The translations under genes and the position numbers were made by a program. DNA of 64,000 nucleotides from an uncultured Spirochaetota bacterium (GTDB lineage: Bacteria > Spirochaetota > UBA4802 > UBA5550). Position 1 is the first letter of the stretch, and each line of letters opens with the position of its first letter. Under the pieces are notes generated by a model, which was not told the origin of the DNA, did not search any database, and worked only from the letters and a program-made list of their open reading frames with translations. This document shows, in pieces, positions 1 through 10,739 of the stretch. The stretch lies in assembly GCA_963827275.1 (NCBI GenBank), contig CAWHAA010000008.1:32001-96000 (forward strand). Reading direction: 5' to 3'.

Positions 1-288
1 ACTCCGATGTAAAAAATCGTCTTATTTGAATAAAAATATACACTGGAAGTTTTTTGTCAATCCTAATTTTATGTCTCATTAGAAAGTAGTAATATTGTGC
101 GCAGGCGGGAGTGCGCGCGGCAAGGCCGCGGAACTGATGCGTCCGGTGCGCACTGCCGGGCCAGTTTTTTTATTAATCTTATTGACAAAAATCGATTCTT
201 TTTAAAATAGTACATTCACTCTTTTCTGACCATGTTTCTGTTTTTAATCAGGAATGTAACTGACGTTTATATATACGAGGTAATGCAC

Positions 289-447
289 ATGAAGAGGACA
301 TTTCAACCAAGCACAGTAAAAAAGTACAGGACCCATGGCTTCCGGGAGCGTATGAGCACCGCGGAAGGCAGAAAGGTCCTGAGCAGGAGAAGGAGAAAAG
401 GGCGGTACAAGTTAACCGTGTCCGATGAGCGGAGATTACCCAAGTAA
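289..447 (+). CDS. rpmH: 50S ribosomal protein L34
   Basis: MKRTFQPS...[22 protein letters not shown]; start moved to ATG 289 after GAGG; precedes rnpA-yidD-yidC. Confidence 0.97.
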   Translation: MKRTFQPSTVKKYRTHGFRERMSTAEGRKVLSRRRRKGRYKLTVSDERRLPK

Positions 448-455
448 TTGTTATC

Positions 456-851
456 GTGAAACATATCTATTCTTTAAAGGGAAGGAATTTATTTAAGGAA
501 GTTTATCAAAAGGGCAGGAGAACACAGGGGACGGGTATCCGGATATATACCCTGAAATATAACAACAGTGAATATGTAAAACCTGGCAATAGCATTCAAT
601 CGTCGGAAAAAATAAAAAATATCAAAATCGCAATTGCTCTTACAAAATCATTCGGGAAAGCATATACAAGGAATCTGGCAAAAAGAAGAATACGCGCGAT
701 CTGCACCGGACTGTTCAATGAATTACGTGAAGGGTTTTGCATAATAATCAGGATCGATAGCAGCTTCAGGGACCTGTCGTATGAGGATCAGAAACGGGTC
801 GTTATATCGTTGTTTCAAAAAGCGGGATTATTGAATAGTGATGCGCATTAA
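456..851 (+). CDS. rnpA: Ribonuclease P protein component
   Basis: Basic protein with K.FGKA..RN.AKRRIR (RNR-like) motif; canonical position after rpmH. Confidence 0.9.
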   Translation: MKHIYSLKGRNLFKEVYQKGRRTQGTGIRIYTLKYNNSEYVKPGNSIQSSEKIKNIKIAIALTKSFGKAYTRNLAKRRIRAICTGLFNELREGFCIIIRIDSSFRDLSYEDQKRVVISLFQKAGLLNSDAH

Positions 852-1110
852 TCAGTATAATATAACTATTGGCACTATATGTTCAACTATCATTATACTT
901 ATAATTAATTGTTACCGTTATTTACTATCACCGATAGTACCGCGTTCATGTCGATTCTATCCATCCTGCTCGGCCTATGCGATTGGCGCAGTGAAAAAGC
1001 ACGGGCCCGTCAAAGGCTCGTATCTCGCGGCGCGGCGGATCGTTCGCTGCAATCCCTTCAATGAAGGCGGCGTTGACCCCGTGCCCGAAGCGTTCCACTT
1101 CTTTAAATAA
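838..1110 (+). CDS. yidD: Membrane protein insertion efficiency factor
   Basis: CRFYPSCSAYA...RCNPF..GG.DPVP signature. Confidence 0.95.
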   Translation: MMRINQYNITIGTICSTIIILIINCYRYLLSPIVPRSCRFYPSCSAYAIGAVKKHGPVKGSYLAARRIVRCNPFNEGGVDPVPEAFHFFK

Positions 1111-1227
1111 CATTCCATCCCGTTAAAGAATGCCGCGCGGGCCGTGTCATGTGTGCTGACAGGTGCCGTGCAAGCATGACATGCGATTATAATCGCATTC
1201 GTGAGATTATCACAAAGGAAAATGGCC

Positions 1228-2880
1228 ATGGATAAAAAAAGTTTAATTGCAATATTGCTCATCGGCGTGCTGTGGGGCGGGTATTTCATCATCTTCAAGC
1301 CGGACCAGCCGGTGAAAAAGCCCGCGGCAGTGACAACTGAAGCGGTGAATAATAAGGCGGCGGATAAAACCGCTAAAAGCCCTGTGCCGGTTACCATTAT
1401 GCCGATCAGCGCGGGCGGGACCGAAAAACAGATCACGGTGAAGACGAAAAAGTTCGCGTTTACGCTGTCCACGAAAGGCGCGGCCATCACCGCCTGTACC
1501 TATTTAGAGAGAAATATAGATCTCACCGTCGGGAAAAATCCCTTCGGCGCGAAGGGAACGCTTGATTTCGCGCTGCATTTTGACGACGACGAGTTCCTGG
1601 CGGGAAACAGCCTCGACCAGGTCCTCTGGATGTACCGCCAGGACGGGAACAATGTCATTTTTTTCAGCGATATACGGATGGGCAGGAATCCTGTCAGGAT
1701 CGAAAAAGCGTATATCTTCCCCGATGACGGGTTCGGGTTCAGGGTCGAGTACCGGATCAAGAATAACGGCGGGGACGCCGTCGCGTTCAAAAACGGGCAG
1801 GTCATATTCTCGCCCGGCGACCTTCTCGGTCCGGAGCTCGATTACACCAACACCTACAACAGGCTGCTGAGCGTCTACTCGGTAAACGGCAGCTTCGAGA
1901 AAGCGGACAAGGCCGGCGGCGGTTTCCTGGGGTGCGGCTCGTCTTCCGGCGGGGAGGCCTTGAAAAAAGAGGCCGGCACGATAAACTGGGCGGGGATCAT
2001 GAGCCGGTATTTTCTTGTCATCATGATACCTGAGAACGCCGCGGGCAAGGGCGTCGTCCACGACAACAGGAAACAGGCCGGCTTCCGTACCGGCATATAC
2101 ATGGACGCGGCGTCGCTCGCGCCCGGCAGGGAGATCAAGAGATCATTCAAGATATATCTGGGAGAAAAGGACAAGAAGATGCTCGCGGCCACGGACAAGT
2201 CGATCATCGACGCCGCCGACGTGAGCAAGTTGATTGAGCCGATACGGAATTTCGTGATCTGGTGCCTGATGGGGATCAACAAGTTTGTCGGCAACCTCGG
2301 CTGGGCCCTGGTGATTTTCTCGATTCTCACGAAGGTCGTGTTCATGCCGCTGACGATCAAGTCGACCGAGTCGATGAAAAAGATGCAGCAGCTCACGCCG
2401 AAGCTGAACGAGCTGAAGGTAAAATACAAGGACAAGCCGGACCAGTTGCAGAAGGAGATGATGAATCTCTACCGTGAGAACAAGGTGAATCCCATGGGCG
2501 GGTGTTTCCCGCTGCTGCTGCAGATGCCGTTTTTCTTTGCCCTGTACAGCGCCCTGATCGATTCAATTGACCTGTGGCGCGCGCCGTTCATCCTCTGGAT
2601 GAAAGACCTTTCAATGCCGGACACCGTCCTCACCGTGTCAGGGTTTGACCTGAACATACTGCCCATCATCATGACCGCGTCGACCTTTGTGCAGCAGAAA
2701 CTGACCACGGTGGATACCGGGGGACAGCAGAAAATCATGATGATGATGATGCCGCTGGTGTTCATCTTCATATTCTGGAGCATGCCGTCGGGCCTCGTTC
2801 TCTACTGGGCGCTGCAGAATATTTTCCAGATTGCCCAGCAGCTGTTCATCAATTACCGGTCAAAGGGTGAAAAAGCATGA
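1228..2880 (+). CDS. yidC: Membrane protein insertase YidC
   Basis: N-terminal TM, periplasmic domain, NPMGGCFPLLLQMPFF and SGLVLYW motifs; start 1228 chosen from RBS spacing. Confidence 0.96.
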   Translation: MDKKSLIAILLIGVLWGGYFIIFKPDQPVKKPAAVTTEAVNNKAADKTAKSPVPVTIMPISAGGTEKQITVKTKKFAFTLSTKGAAITACTYLERNIDLTVGKNPFGAKGTLDFALHFDDDEFLAGNSLDQVLWMYRQDGNNVIFFSDIRMGRNPVRIEKAYIFPDDGFGFRVEYRIKNNGGDAVAFKNGQVIFSPGDLLGPELDYTNTYNRLLSVYSVNGSFEKADKAGGGFLGCGSSSGGEALKKEAGTINWAGIMSRYFLVIMIPENAAGKGVVHDNRKQAGFRTGIYMDAASLAPGREIKRSFKIYLGEKDKKMLAATDKSIIDAADVSKLIEPIRNFVIWCLMGINKFVGNLGWALVIFSILTKVVFMPLTIKSTESMKKMQQLTPKLNELKVKYKDKPDQLQKEMMNLYRENKVNPMGGCFPLLLQMPFFFALYSALIDSIDLWRAPFILWMKDLSMPDTVLTVSGFDLNILPIIMTASTFVQQKLTTVDTGGQQKIMMMMMPLVFIFIFWSMPSGLVLYWALQNIFQIAQQLFINYRSKGEKA

Positions 2881-2986
2881 CAGACCCGCGCGGCGCCCTT
2901 CGCCGGGGGGGCGGGGCGCATAATGCGCGGCATAATTGGATAAGGAATACATGATTCAGATCGTTGCTTAAACAAGGAGACCGATT

Positions 2987-3625
2987 ATGAAAGTTATAGA
3001 AGTTGAGGGAAGGACCGCAGACGACGCAACAAAAAAAGCTATTGCAGAATTGGGAATTACCGACGCCTCAAAGATCAAGATAGAGGTTATCGACGAAGGG
3101 AAGAGCGGCATCTTCGGTTTTGGCGTCTCCCGCCCGGCCAAGATCCGGCTGTACTATAATATCGATACGAAGGACATCGCGGACGCGATCAGGGAAGTAA
3201 TCGGAGAGATGTTCACAAGGATGCAGATAGACTGCACCATCGCTGATATCAAGGAAGGCGAATCGAAAGTATACATAGAGCTGGACAGCAAGACCAGCTC
3301 GGGCCTGATAATCGGCAGGAAGGGCAAGACCCTCGAGTCACTGCAGTTCATGGTGAACCTGATCGTCAACCACAAGACCGGGAGCGACAAGAAAATCATC
3401 CTTGATATCGAATCGTACCGCGCCAAGCGGGAGCGGGCGCTGCGCAAGATGTCCAAGGACATCGCGTTCAAGGTCATCAAGTCCGGGAAGCCCTGGACCC
3501 TGGAGCCCATGAACCCGTTCGAGCGGAGGCTGATCCACCTGACGCTGCAGAACGATGCGCGGGTGACCACCAAGAGCGAGGGACAGGGTATTTACCGGAA
3601 AGTGACCATCATGCCGAAACAGTGA
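2987..3625 (+). CDS. jag: Jag/KhpB (EloR) RNA-binding protein, KH + R3H
   Basis: Jag_N, IIGRKGKTLESLQ (KH), PMNPFERRLIH (R3H). Confidence 0.95.
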   Translation: MKVIEVEGRTADDATKKAIAELGITDASKIKIEVIDEGKSGIFGFGVSRPAKIRLYYNIDTKDIADAIREVIGEMFTRMQIDCTIADIKEGESKVYIELDSKTSSGLIIGRKGKTLESLQFMVNLIVNHKTGSDKKIILDIESYRAKRERALRKMSKDIAFKVIKSGKPWTLEPMNPFERRLIHLTLQNDARVTTKSEGQGIYRKVTIMPKQ

Positions 3626-3634
3626 CCGGGACGT

Positions 3635-4990
3635 ATGACAGACGATACCATCTGCGCACCCGCCTCACCCCCCGTTACCGCACCCATCGCAATCATCCGG
3701 ATCAGCGGCCCCGACGCCATGCGGGCCGCGAATTCCCTGTTCCCCGATTTCTCTGAATTCAAGCCGCGGCACGCCCATTACGGCACCATCGTGGATGACG
3801 GAACGCCGGTCGACGACGCGGTCGTCGTCTGCTACCCTTCGCCGCGGAGCTACACCGGCGAGGACATGGCGGAGATATTCTGCCACGGGAACCCGATCAT
3901 CGTGCAGCGTATCATCATGCTGCTGACCGGGCGGGGGGTGCGCCTCGCGGAGCCGGGCGAATTCACCCGGCGCGCGTTCCTGAACGGGAAGATGGACCTC
4001 ACCGAGGCCGAGGCGGTGAACCATATCATCACGGCAAAAAGCGAGTGGGAGATCGAGACCTCGCTCAGGCAGATGCACGGCTCGCTCAGGGACATCATCC
4101 GCGAGATACGGGCCCGGATAATCGAATTCAAGGCGGACATCGAGGCGGTCATAGATTTTTCCGAAGAGGAGATGGAATTCATAACGGCGGGCGCGGCGTC
4201 CGGGGCGGCGGCGCGGATACGGGCCTCGATCGAGGACCTCCTGGGAAGGTGCAGGACCGGGGAGCAGCTGAGCCACGGGATCGATATCGCCATTATCGGC
4301 AAGCCGAACGTGGGGAAATCGAGCGTGCTGAACCTGCTTCTTAACAGGGAGCGCGCCATCGTGTCCAGCATCCCCGGCACCACGAGGGACATCATTCGGG
4401 AGCCGTTCCAGATCGGGGGCATTCATGTCAACCTGGTCGATACGGCCGGCATCGACACGCCGGGGGACGAGATCGAGAGGATGGGGATCGACCTGAGCCA
4501 CCGCAAGATAGCCTCATCGCCCTTCATCATCATGGTCCTGGACGGCGCGGCCGGCATGGCCGGGGACGACCGCAGCATACTCGAGACAATACGCGGCAAG
4601 AAACGGGTCATCATCATCAACAAGAGCGATATAGCGCGGCCCGAAGACATACGCGCGATGCAGGAGGAGGCAGGAGAAGAGGCGATCCCCTTCTCCGCCC
4701 GTACCGGAGCGGGGCTTGCGGAGCTGACCGGGGCCGTGTCGCGCCGGATCAAAAAGGATTTCGTTACGCTGGAGCATTCGTTCATTGCCGATATGCGGGT
4801 CATCACCCTCCTGGAGCGGGCGCGTGTAAATGCCGCGCGGATCGGGGAACTGGTGAACGGGCATGGGCCGGCTGAAATTGTGGCGTTTGAGCTGCAGGCC
4901 CTCATGGACACGCTCGGCGAGATAACCGGCGAGATAACCCCGGATGACATCCTTGACTCGATTTTCAGCAGGTTTTGCATTGGCAAATGA
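3635..4990 (+). CDS. mnmE: tRNA modification GTPase MnmE
   Basis: GKPNVGKSS, GTTRD, DTAG, C-terminal FCIGK. Confidence 0.98.
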   Translation: MTDDTICAPASPPVTAPIAIIRISGPDAMRAANSLFPDFSEFKPRHAHYGTIVDDGTPVDDAVVVCYPSPRSYTGEDMAEIFCHGNPIIVQRIIMLLTGRGVRLAEPGEFTRRAFLNGKMDLTEAEAVNHIITAKSEWEIETSLRQMHGSLRDIIREIRARIIEFKADIEAVIDFSEEEMEFITAGAASGAAARIRASIEDLLGRCRTGEQLSHGIDIAIIGKPNVGKSSVLNLLLNRERAIVSSIPGTTRDIIREPFQIGGIHVNLVDTAGIDTPGDEIERMGIDLSHRKIASSPFIIMVLDGAAGMAGDDRSILETIRGKKRVIIINKSDIARPEDIRAMQEEAGEEAIPFSARTGAGLAELTGAVSRRIKKDFVTLEHSFIADMRVITLLERARVNAARIGELVNGHGPAEIVAFELQALMDTLGEITGEITPDDILDSIFSRFCIGK

Positions 4991-5111
4991 CGGATTTGAC
5001 CCTGAATGTAAAATGAATTTTTTATTGTCCAATCCTTACAATATAATTGACATTTTTATTTTAATGCATTTGTTTAATAAGGTAACGTAGTGCAGATTTT
5101 TTCATTATACC

Positions 5112-6914
5112 GTGCGGTCGGCTACTATGGATAAGGACAGGTTAGATAAAACAAAGGACAACATCGGCGTTTCAAAGCTTGATGAGTCCACGAGAAAGAA
5201 GCTCTTCGAAAAATTCGTTGATGGCGGCGGACGTGTCATTGTCGAACGATCGAAGGGCCGGCGGCTTACCATCGACCGCGAAAAGCAGAAGCAGTTTCTA
5301 AAACATGTCGACCGCCATTCAACCAGGCAGGTCAAACGGGAGCGCCCCAGGCCGGAATCAACCCGCCGCGTCGCTGCTGCGAAGACGGCGGCCAGAGCTG
5401 AAAACAGGGCGATGGCGCTCTTCTTCGGCAGGCTGAAGCTGCGGTTCAAGCTGAAGCTGCTGGGAATCACCGGATTCAACGGGTATGCCTTTGACGGCCG
5501 CTTTTTCAGGAAATTCAACAACCACTACCGGCCGGCCCTCATGGAGCTGCAGATCATGTTTCTTGACATGTTCAAGAAAAACCTCTCCGTCGGATCAAGG
5601 ATCACCGACAAGCTCGACGAAATGAAGCCGCTCTACTATGAGCTCATCGAGATGGCAGGCAACCTGTTCGATAAAATGGAAGCCGACCAGGTCCTCGAAC
5701 AGTATATCAATTTCCCCGAGGTCCCGAAAAAGACGGCCGAATTGAAGGAGCAGGTCCTGTCATACTACAAAAAGCTGTATGTCCTCAGCCAGTATGAAAA
5801 TTCGATACTGACCGGGTTTGATCGCGCCATCGAGTTGTATTCTAAAATAGAAGAAAACCCGACCCAGTCGCGTTCCGCCATGAACCGGAGGATGAGGAAC
5901 GCGGTCTTCGTTCTCTTTCATAAGTTTTTCCCGCGTCTGCATCTTCTCTTCTGCCTGTACGATGGCAGGCTCCGCCCGATGTACGACCCGGATATTGAAA
6001 TGATGCTCGGGATTACAGAAGCTGATAAGCCGGGCAACCGCCAGCTCGCCAGGTATTTTGACGACATGGCCGTTGAGATGGAAGAGGAGGGTGGACAAAA
6101 GAGCGAAGAAAAAGAGGAGGTTGACGAGAACCGGCTGAAGATCATCAGGATAGGGCTCGAGATGATGGCGTCGCTCGACATGGCGAAGATGCGCATGCAT
6201 CACGACCGTCAGCGGCTCTTTGAAAACGTGAGCGACGCTGACAAGGTGTTCATCACCTATCTCCTGTTCAACGAGTTCGACTACGAGTATTCCTTCATCC
6301 TCACGACAAACAAGATAAAATTCAGGACGGATTTTGTCGCACGCACGAAGGTCGACTTCAGGGCGCGCCTCACCGACCTGTACGACAAGATGAGAAAGAG
6401 CACCGACATCCTGAGCGAGTACGCTGAGAACCTGGTTGATTATGAAAAATCAAGGCGCGAGAAGCCGACCGGGAGCTCCCAGTATATCGAATTCACCAAG
6501 CGGATGGAGTCGCTTGAGAAAAAGAAGAATGCCATCGGCAAGAGTGCGCGGGCTGTCGTGCGGGATTACATGCTGGAAATCGTCCAGGAACTGCAGGTGC
6601 TCCTCGATGACATGGACAGCCACCAGTTGTATATTGAAAATCCTCAAGAGGTGCTCACTTTTGATCCGCAGATTGAAGGCGAGAAGAAGATCAACGGGAA
6701 AAAGATCTACGAGGCGCTCTACCTCGTGTACTGCTACGCGTTCGCCTTCGCTTACCGGCTCAGCACGGGCGGCGACCTCTCGGGCGACCTGGAATTCAAC
6801 AAAGAGGAGCTGGAGCAGATGCGCCAGCAGTCAAAGGAGGCAGCTACCGCCACCGACCAGGCCGAAAAGAAGCCCGACAAGTCGGTCCTCGAAGAACTCG
6901 ATGACATGATTTGA
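5112..6914 (+). CDS. Hypothetical helical protein, ~600 aa (start may be 5127)
   Basis: Long ORF with host-like codon usage; no motif recognised. Confidence 0.75.
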   Translation: MRSATMDKDRLDKTKDNIGVSKLDESTRKKLFEKFVDGGGRVIVERSKGRRLTIDREKQKQFLKHVDRHSTRQVKRERPRPESTRRVAAAKTAARAENRAMALFFGRLKLRFKLKLLGITGFNGYAFDGRFFRKFNNHYRPALMELQIMFLDMFKKNLSVGSRITDKLDEMKPLYYELIEMAGNLFDKMEADQVLEQYINFPEVPKKTAELKEQVLSYYKKLYVLSQYENSILTGFDRAIELYSKIEENPTQSRSAMNRRMRNAVFVLFHKFFPRLHLLFCLYDGRLRPMYDPDIEMMLGITEADKPGNRQLARYFDDMAVEMEEEGGQKSEEKEEVDENRLKIIRIGLEMMASLDMAKMRMHHDRQRLFENVSDADKVFITYLLFNEFDYEYSFILTTNKIKFRTDFVARTKVDFRARLTDLYDKMRKSTDILSEYAENLVDYEKSRREKPTGSSQYIEFTKRMESLEKKKNAIGKSARAVVRDYMLEIVQELQVLLDDMDSHQLYIENPQEVLTFDPQIEGEKKINGKKIYEALYLVYCYAFAFAYRLSTGGDLSGDLEFNKEELEQMRQQSKEAATATDQAEKKPDKSVLEELDDMI

Positions 6915-6949
6915 GCAGCGCCTTTCCCGGCGCCGGCACGTTCCGCCCG

Positions 6950-7849
6950 CTACCGCTCCGCCCCCTTCCGCTGTTCCCTGAAAACGCCCATCTCCCTTTT
7001 CCTGCGCTCGAGAATTGCAGACGGCTCATCCCTGAGAAGCTCGTCCCGGTAGGGGACGGAACGGACGTTGCTTCTGAGCAGCGATAATTCTCCGGCCGCC
7101 AGGGGGAGTATGGCCCCGGTTTTTGAGGCCAGGGTCCCCTCCCGCTTGCCCCCGACGGAAGGCCCCCTGCCGACCATGAAGCCGGCCTCGATAAGCGCGC
7201 CGCGTACCTGGAGGGCGCTGGAATAGGTGGTCAGCACCGCGTCGTCTTTCATCACGCGCGACATCTCCCTGAAAAAATCAACCGACCAGAGCTCCGGGTT
7301 CCGTGAAGGGGAGAAGGGGTCGAAGAATACCGCGTCGAAATACCCGGAGGGGAGCGAACGCACTGACAGCCGGGCATCGCCGAACTTTACGTCAACGCGG
7401 GTCTGCCCGTGACGCACGGTGCCGTTCATGTACGCTTCCCGCACGAGGGAATAGGGGCCGTCCCGTCCGTCCGTAAAGCAGATGCTGCGAAGGGCGGGGA
7501 GGAGCGCCCTGTCCTTTTCGAAAGAGATGACGGAGATTCCGCCCGTATAACGCTGCTCATGTAAGGAAACAATGAGCGCAAGGATGTTGTATCCGAGCCC
7601 GAATCCGATATCAAGAACCGCAAGGCGGTCAGCCTGTTTTCCGAGCAGGCCGGAAGGACGTACATGCTTGAGAAGGGCTTCCTCGTAGGCGCCGGACAGA
7701 GAATGCATGTGCTCGTCGTATGCGGGAAGATAGAGGGTCTGGGATCCGTCCCCGGTCAGGACCAGCTGGTACACAGTGTCTGGTTGTTCCCCGCCCGCGG
7801 GCTGCTTTCCGCTGCTATCGTCCCGATTCATGGCTCCGTGCCGCCTCAA
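6950..7849 (-). CDS. MnmC/MnmD-type SAM-dependent methyltransferase (mnm5s2U34 family)
   Basis: TGDGSQTLY...EHMHS..GA.EE, LDIGFGLGYN, FFDPFSP.RNPELWS. Confidence 0.88.
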   Translation of the reverse strand: MRRHGAMNRDDSSGKQPAGGEQPDTVYQLVLTGDGSQTLYLPAYDEHMHSLSGAYEEALLKHVRPSGLLGKQADRLAVLDIGFGLGYNILALIVSLHEQRYTGGISVISFEKDRALLPALRSICFTDGRDGPYSLVREAYMNGTVRHGQTRVDVKFGDARLSVRSLPSGYFDAVFFDPFSPSRNPELWSVDFFREMSRVMKDDAVLTTYSSALQVRGALIEAGFMVGRGPSVGGKREGTLASKTGAILPLAAGELSLLRSNVRSVPYRDELLRDEPSAILERRKREMGVFREQRKGAER

Positions 7850-8270
7850 AAAATGTTTCTGCGTTAAAATCGAACACGGCGGTACACTCTTCCCCGGAAC
7901 AGTTCAGGTGACGAAGCGTCGCACGCGTGATGATCTCCGGTATCGACTGCCTGCAGGCCTCCAGGCACCGGCTGTCGGTGCAATGCACACGGGCGTAGCT
8001 CAGCAGGAGCGTTCCCGCCCTGTGTATTCCGGCACGAAGTACGGCGTCGCGGGCGCTGCCCCTGCTCTCACCGTTTTCGGGGTCAGGGGCGGTGTCAAGC
8101 GTGACTACGACCCGCAGGGTGGTGCCATGCATGCCTTCCCAGATTTCTCCCGGTGATAAGGTAGTGGAGCATGATACAATCGCCGCCAGGGCGCAGGATA
8201 ACGACAGGCAGATCGGCAGCGCCGTACACAGGATGGGCCGTATCATGTCATTCATTCGTTGTGCTGTCAT
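7815..8270 (-). CDS. Hypothetical exported/lipoprotein
   Basis: Hydrophobic N-terminus with AIVSC; co-oriented with and overlapping the methyltransferase. Confidence 0.55.
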   Translation of the reverse strand: MTAQRMNDMIRPILCTALPICLSLSCALAAIVSCSTTLSPGEIWEGMHGTTLRVVVTLDTAPDPENGESRGSARDAVLRAGIHRAGTLLLSYARVHCTDSRCLEACRQSIPEIITRATLRHLNCSGEECTAVFDFNAETFFEAARSHESGR

Positions 8271-8520
8271 TCTTTCATTTCAGAGCTTCATGGCAGATGC
8301 GCACAGATATGCATCTGCAGCGCGCCTGTACTCCGGCGATACTGATGATACAGTTACCGGCAGGATGTTTTTAAATTGCAACCATTTTTGTCCCCGCCGT
8401 CACCGGGTGGACCTCCCGGGAGGTTCCTGGCGACGGGCGAAAAAAAATCTTGCGGATTTAGCCTTGCTGCGATAGAATTTTGCCGCGCGAATCGTTACCA
8501 TAGGAGCGGGGGTGTCCGGT

Positions 8521-8796
8521 ATGGCAAAAAAGCTGATCATCCATGGCAGGGTCCAGGGAGTTTTCTGCCGCGCCTATTGCAGCAAGTACGCGCAGAAACG
8601 CCGCATCAGGGGGACCGCGTCAAATCTCGCAGACGGCACCGTCAGGGTGCTTCTCGACACGGATACCGTTCCGCTCGTTGAGCAGTTTGTTGCTGATATC
8701 AAGACGAACCCGGACGGGCTCATGTTCTACGGCACCATCGAATCGGTCGATGTAGAGGAGTACGCAGGCCCGTTAACCGGCGATTATCACTTTTAA
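8521..8796 (+). CDS. acyP: Acylphosphatase
   Basis: GRVQGVFCR...G...N..DGTV signature. Confidence 0.9.
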   Translation: MAKKLIIHGRVQGVFCRAYCSKYAQKRRIRGTASNLADGTVRVLLDTDTVPLVEQFVADIKTNPDGLMFYGTIESVDVEEYAGPLTGDYHF

Positions 8797-8832
8797 TATC
8801 GTTCCGTGTGAATCCCGGCAGTGAAGGCGCCG

Positions 8833-8868
8833 GCATTCTTCCCCCCTGCGATCAGGGGGGAAGAATGC
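8833..8868. terminator. 16-bp stem hairpin between convergent acyP and trpB2
   Basis: GCATTCTTCCCCCCTG-CGAT-CAGGGGGGAAGAATGC. Confidence 0.7.
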
Positions 8869-8878
8869 GCTGAATATC

Positions 8879-10269
8879 CTACCACTTGCCTGTCTTCGCG
8901 AGCGACGGCTTGGGCAGGTCCTTGAGCTCGGCGAGGGCGGCGTCCACTTCATCCTGGTGCAGCTCGTGGTCCGCCAGCCGGTGCTGCAGGAACAGGTCGT
9001 AGCCGTACAGGTCCATCAGGCCGTGGCCGCTCAGGTTGAAGATGATGACCTTCTCCTTTCCCTCTTCCTTCGCCTGCTTTGCCTTGCGGATCGTTGCCGC
9101 GATGGCGTGGCTGGTTTCGGGCGCGACGATGATCCCCTCGGTCCTGGCGAAGAGCATCGCGGCGTTGTAGCACTCGAGCTGCTGGATCGCCATGGGAGTG
9201 AAGAGGCCCTCGACGACCCCCGCGGAAACAAGGGGCGACATGCCGTGGTAGCGAAGGCCGCCGGCGTGGATCGCGTCAGGGATAAAGCTGTGGCCGAGCG
9301 AATGCATGGGAAGCAGCGGGGTCATCTTGGCGATATCGCCGTGATCATAGATAAAGGGCCCCTTGGTCAGTGTCGGGCATGACGCGGGCTCGACCGGTAT
9401 GATCTCTATCTGTGCGCCGTTGATCTTGTCGCTGGCAAAGGGGAAGGAGAGACCGGCAAAGTTGCTGCCGCCGCCCGCGCACCCGATCACGATGTCCACC
9501 TTCTTCTCTCCCGCTTTCTGGAGCTGTTTTTTCGCCTCAAGGCCGATGATGGTCTGGTGCAGCATGACGTGGTTCAGCACGCTTCCGAGGGCGTACCGGG
9601 TCTCGCCGGTGGGATCGGTCACCGCGGCCTCCACCGCCTCGCTGATGGCGATCCCGAGGCTCCCCGGGGTGTCGGGATGCGTCTCGAGGACGTCGCGGCC
9701 CGCCTTGCGTTTCCGGGCTCGGGCTCGGGATGCAGGTGGCGCCCCAGGTCTGCATCATCGTCTTCCGCATCGGCTTCTGCTCGAAGCTGATGCGCACCAT
9801 GAAGACCTTGCACTCGAGGCCGATCAGCGCGCAGGCGAACGCGAGGGCGCTTCCCCACTGGCCGGCGCCGGTCTCGGTGGTCAGCTTCTTGATGCCGAAC
9901 TGCTTGTTGTACCACGCCTGGGCAACGGCGGTATTCGGCTTGTGGCTTCCCGCCGGAGAGAGGCTCTCGTTTTTATAGTAGATGCGCGCCGGCGTCCCCA
10001 GGGCCTTTTCCAGGTGGATTGCCCTCTGGAGCGGCGACGGCCGCCACCGGTAGAGGAGGCTCGAGCACCTCTTCCGGTATGTCGATCCAGCGCTGCTGGC
10101 TCACTTCCTGCTCTATCAGGTTCATGGGAAAGACCGGGGCGAGCATCTCGGGGCTGATGGGTTTCCCGTCCGGCCCGAGGGGGGGCTGGAGCGGCGTCGG
10201 AAGGTCTGCGGCGATGTTGTACCACTGCCGCGGGATTTCACTTTCGGTAAGAAGTATCTTTGTATCCAT
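8879..10269 (-). CDS. trpB2: TrpB2-type (stand-alone) tryptophan synthase beta-like PLP enzyme, split over several frames (probable sequencing indels)
   Basis: N-term [13 protein letters not shown]; middle [18 protein letters not shown]-term [31 protein letters not shown]. Confidence 0.9.
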
Positions 10270-10300
10270 TCGTTTCTCCTTGTATTGTTAGCCGGTTGGG

Positions 10301-10591
10301 TTACACGGGCTTTTTTTCTATGACGGTCCTGTACTTTTCCACCATGGCCTTGAAGGACGAGTTTGATTTTTTAAGCTCCCGGGAGCCGCGGGTGATCTTG
10401 CACAGGCTTACGCCCATGCGCTCGGCGATCCTTCTCTGGCTCATGCCGTCGTAGAGCAGCTTCACGAGCTCCCAGCGGCCGGATATCTCGTCGATCTCGT
10501 TTTTTGTCAGGATGCTCTTCAGAAATCCCTCGATGGCGTCAGCATCGTGGGTAATCGATAGAACACCCGCTATCTCTTTCAATTTGTTCAT
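10301..10591 (-). CDS. trpR: Trp repressor family HTH protein
   Basis: LT..E...I..RW.LV..L..GMSQRRIA..MGVSL.KITRGSRELK; directly upstream of trpB2. Confidence 0.85.
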   Translation of the reverse strand: MNKLKEIAGVLSITHDADAIEGFLKSILTKNEIDEISGRWELVKLLYDGMSQRRIAERMGVSLCKITRGSRELKKSNSSFKAMVEKYRTVIEKKPV

Positions 10592-10605
10592 GGTTTCAGC
10601 ACAAT

Positions 10606-10623
10606 GTTACTATTTATAGTAAC
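10606..10623. promoter_or_regulatory. Candidate TrpR operator palindrome
   Basis: GTTACTAT-TT-ATAGTAAC, ~15 bp upstream of the trpR start; resembles the ACTAG-type trp operator. Confidence 0.6.
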
Positions 10624-10739
10624 GATTCTATTAGTAGAAACATAAACCGGGAAACGCCATGCCTGTCAAGTTTTTTTCAGAAAAATTTACATTAATGGCC
10701 GGTGTCGGGCCGGTGGGCTTTGTGCGGCCGGGAAGCTCC

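Noticed and set aside
1..230. oriC upstream of rpmH
   Set aside because: No TTATCCACA-type DnaA boxes seen; only divergent promoter-like TTGACA hexamers with imperfect spacing.
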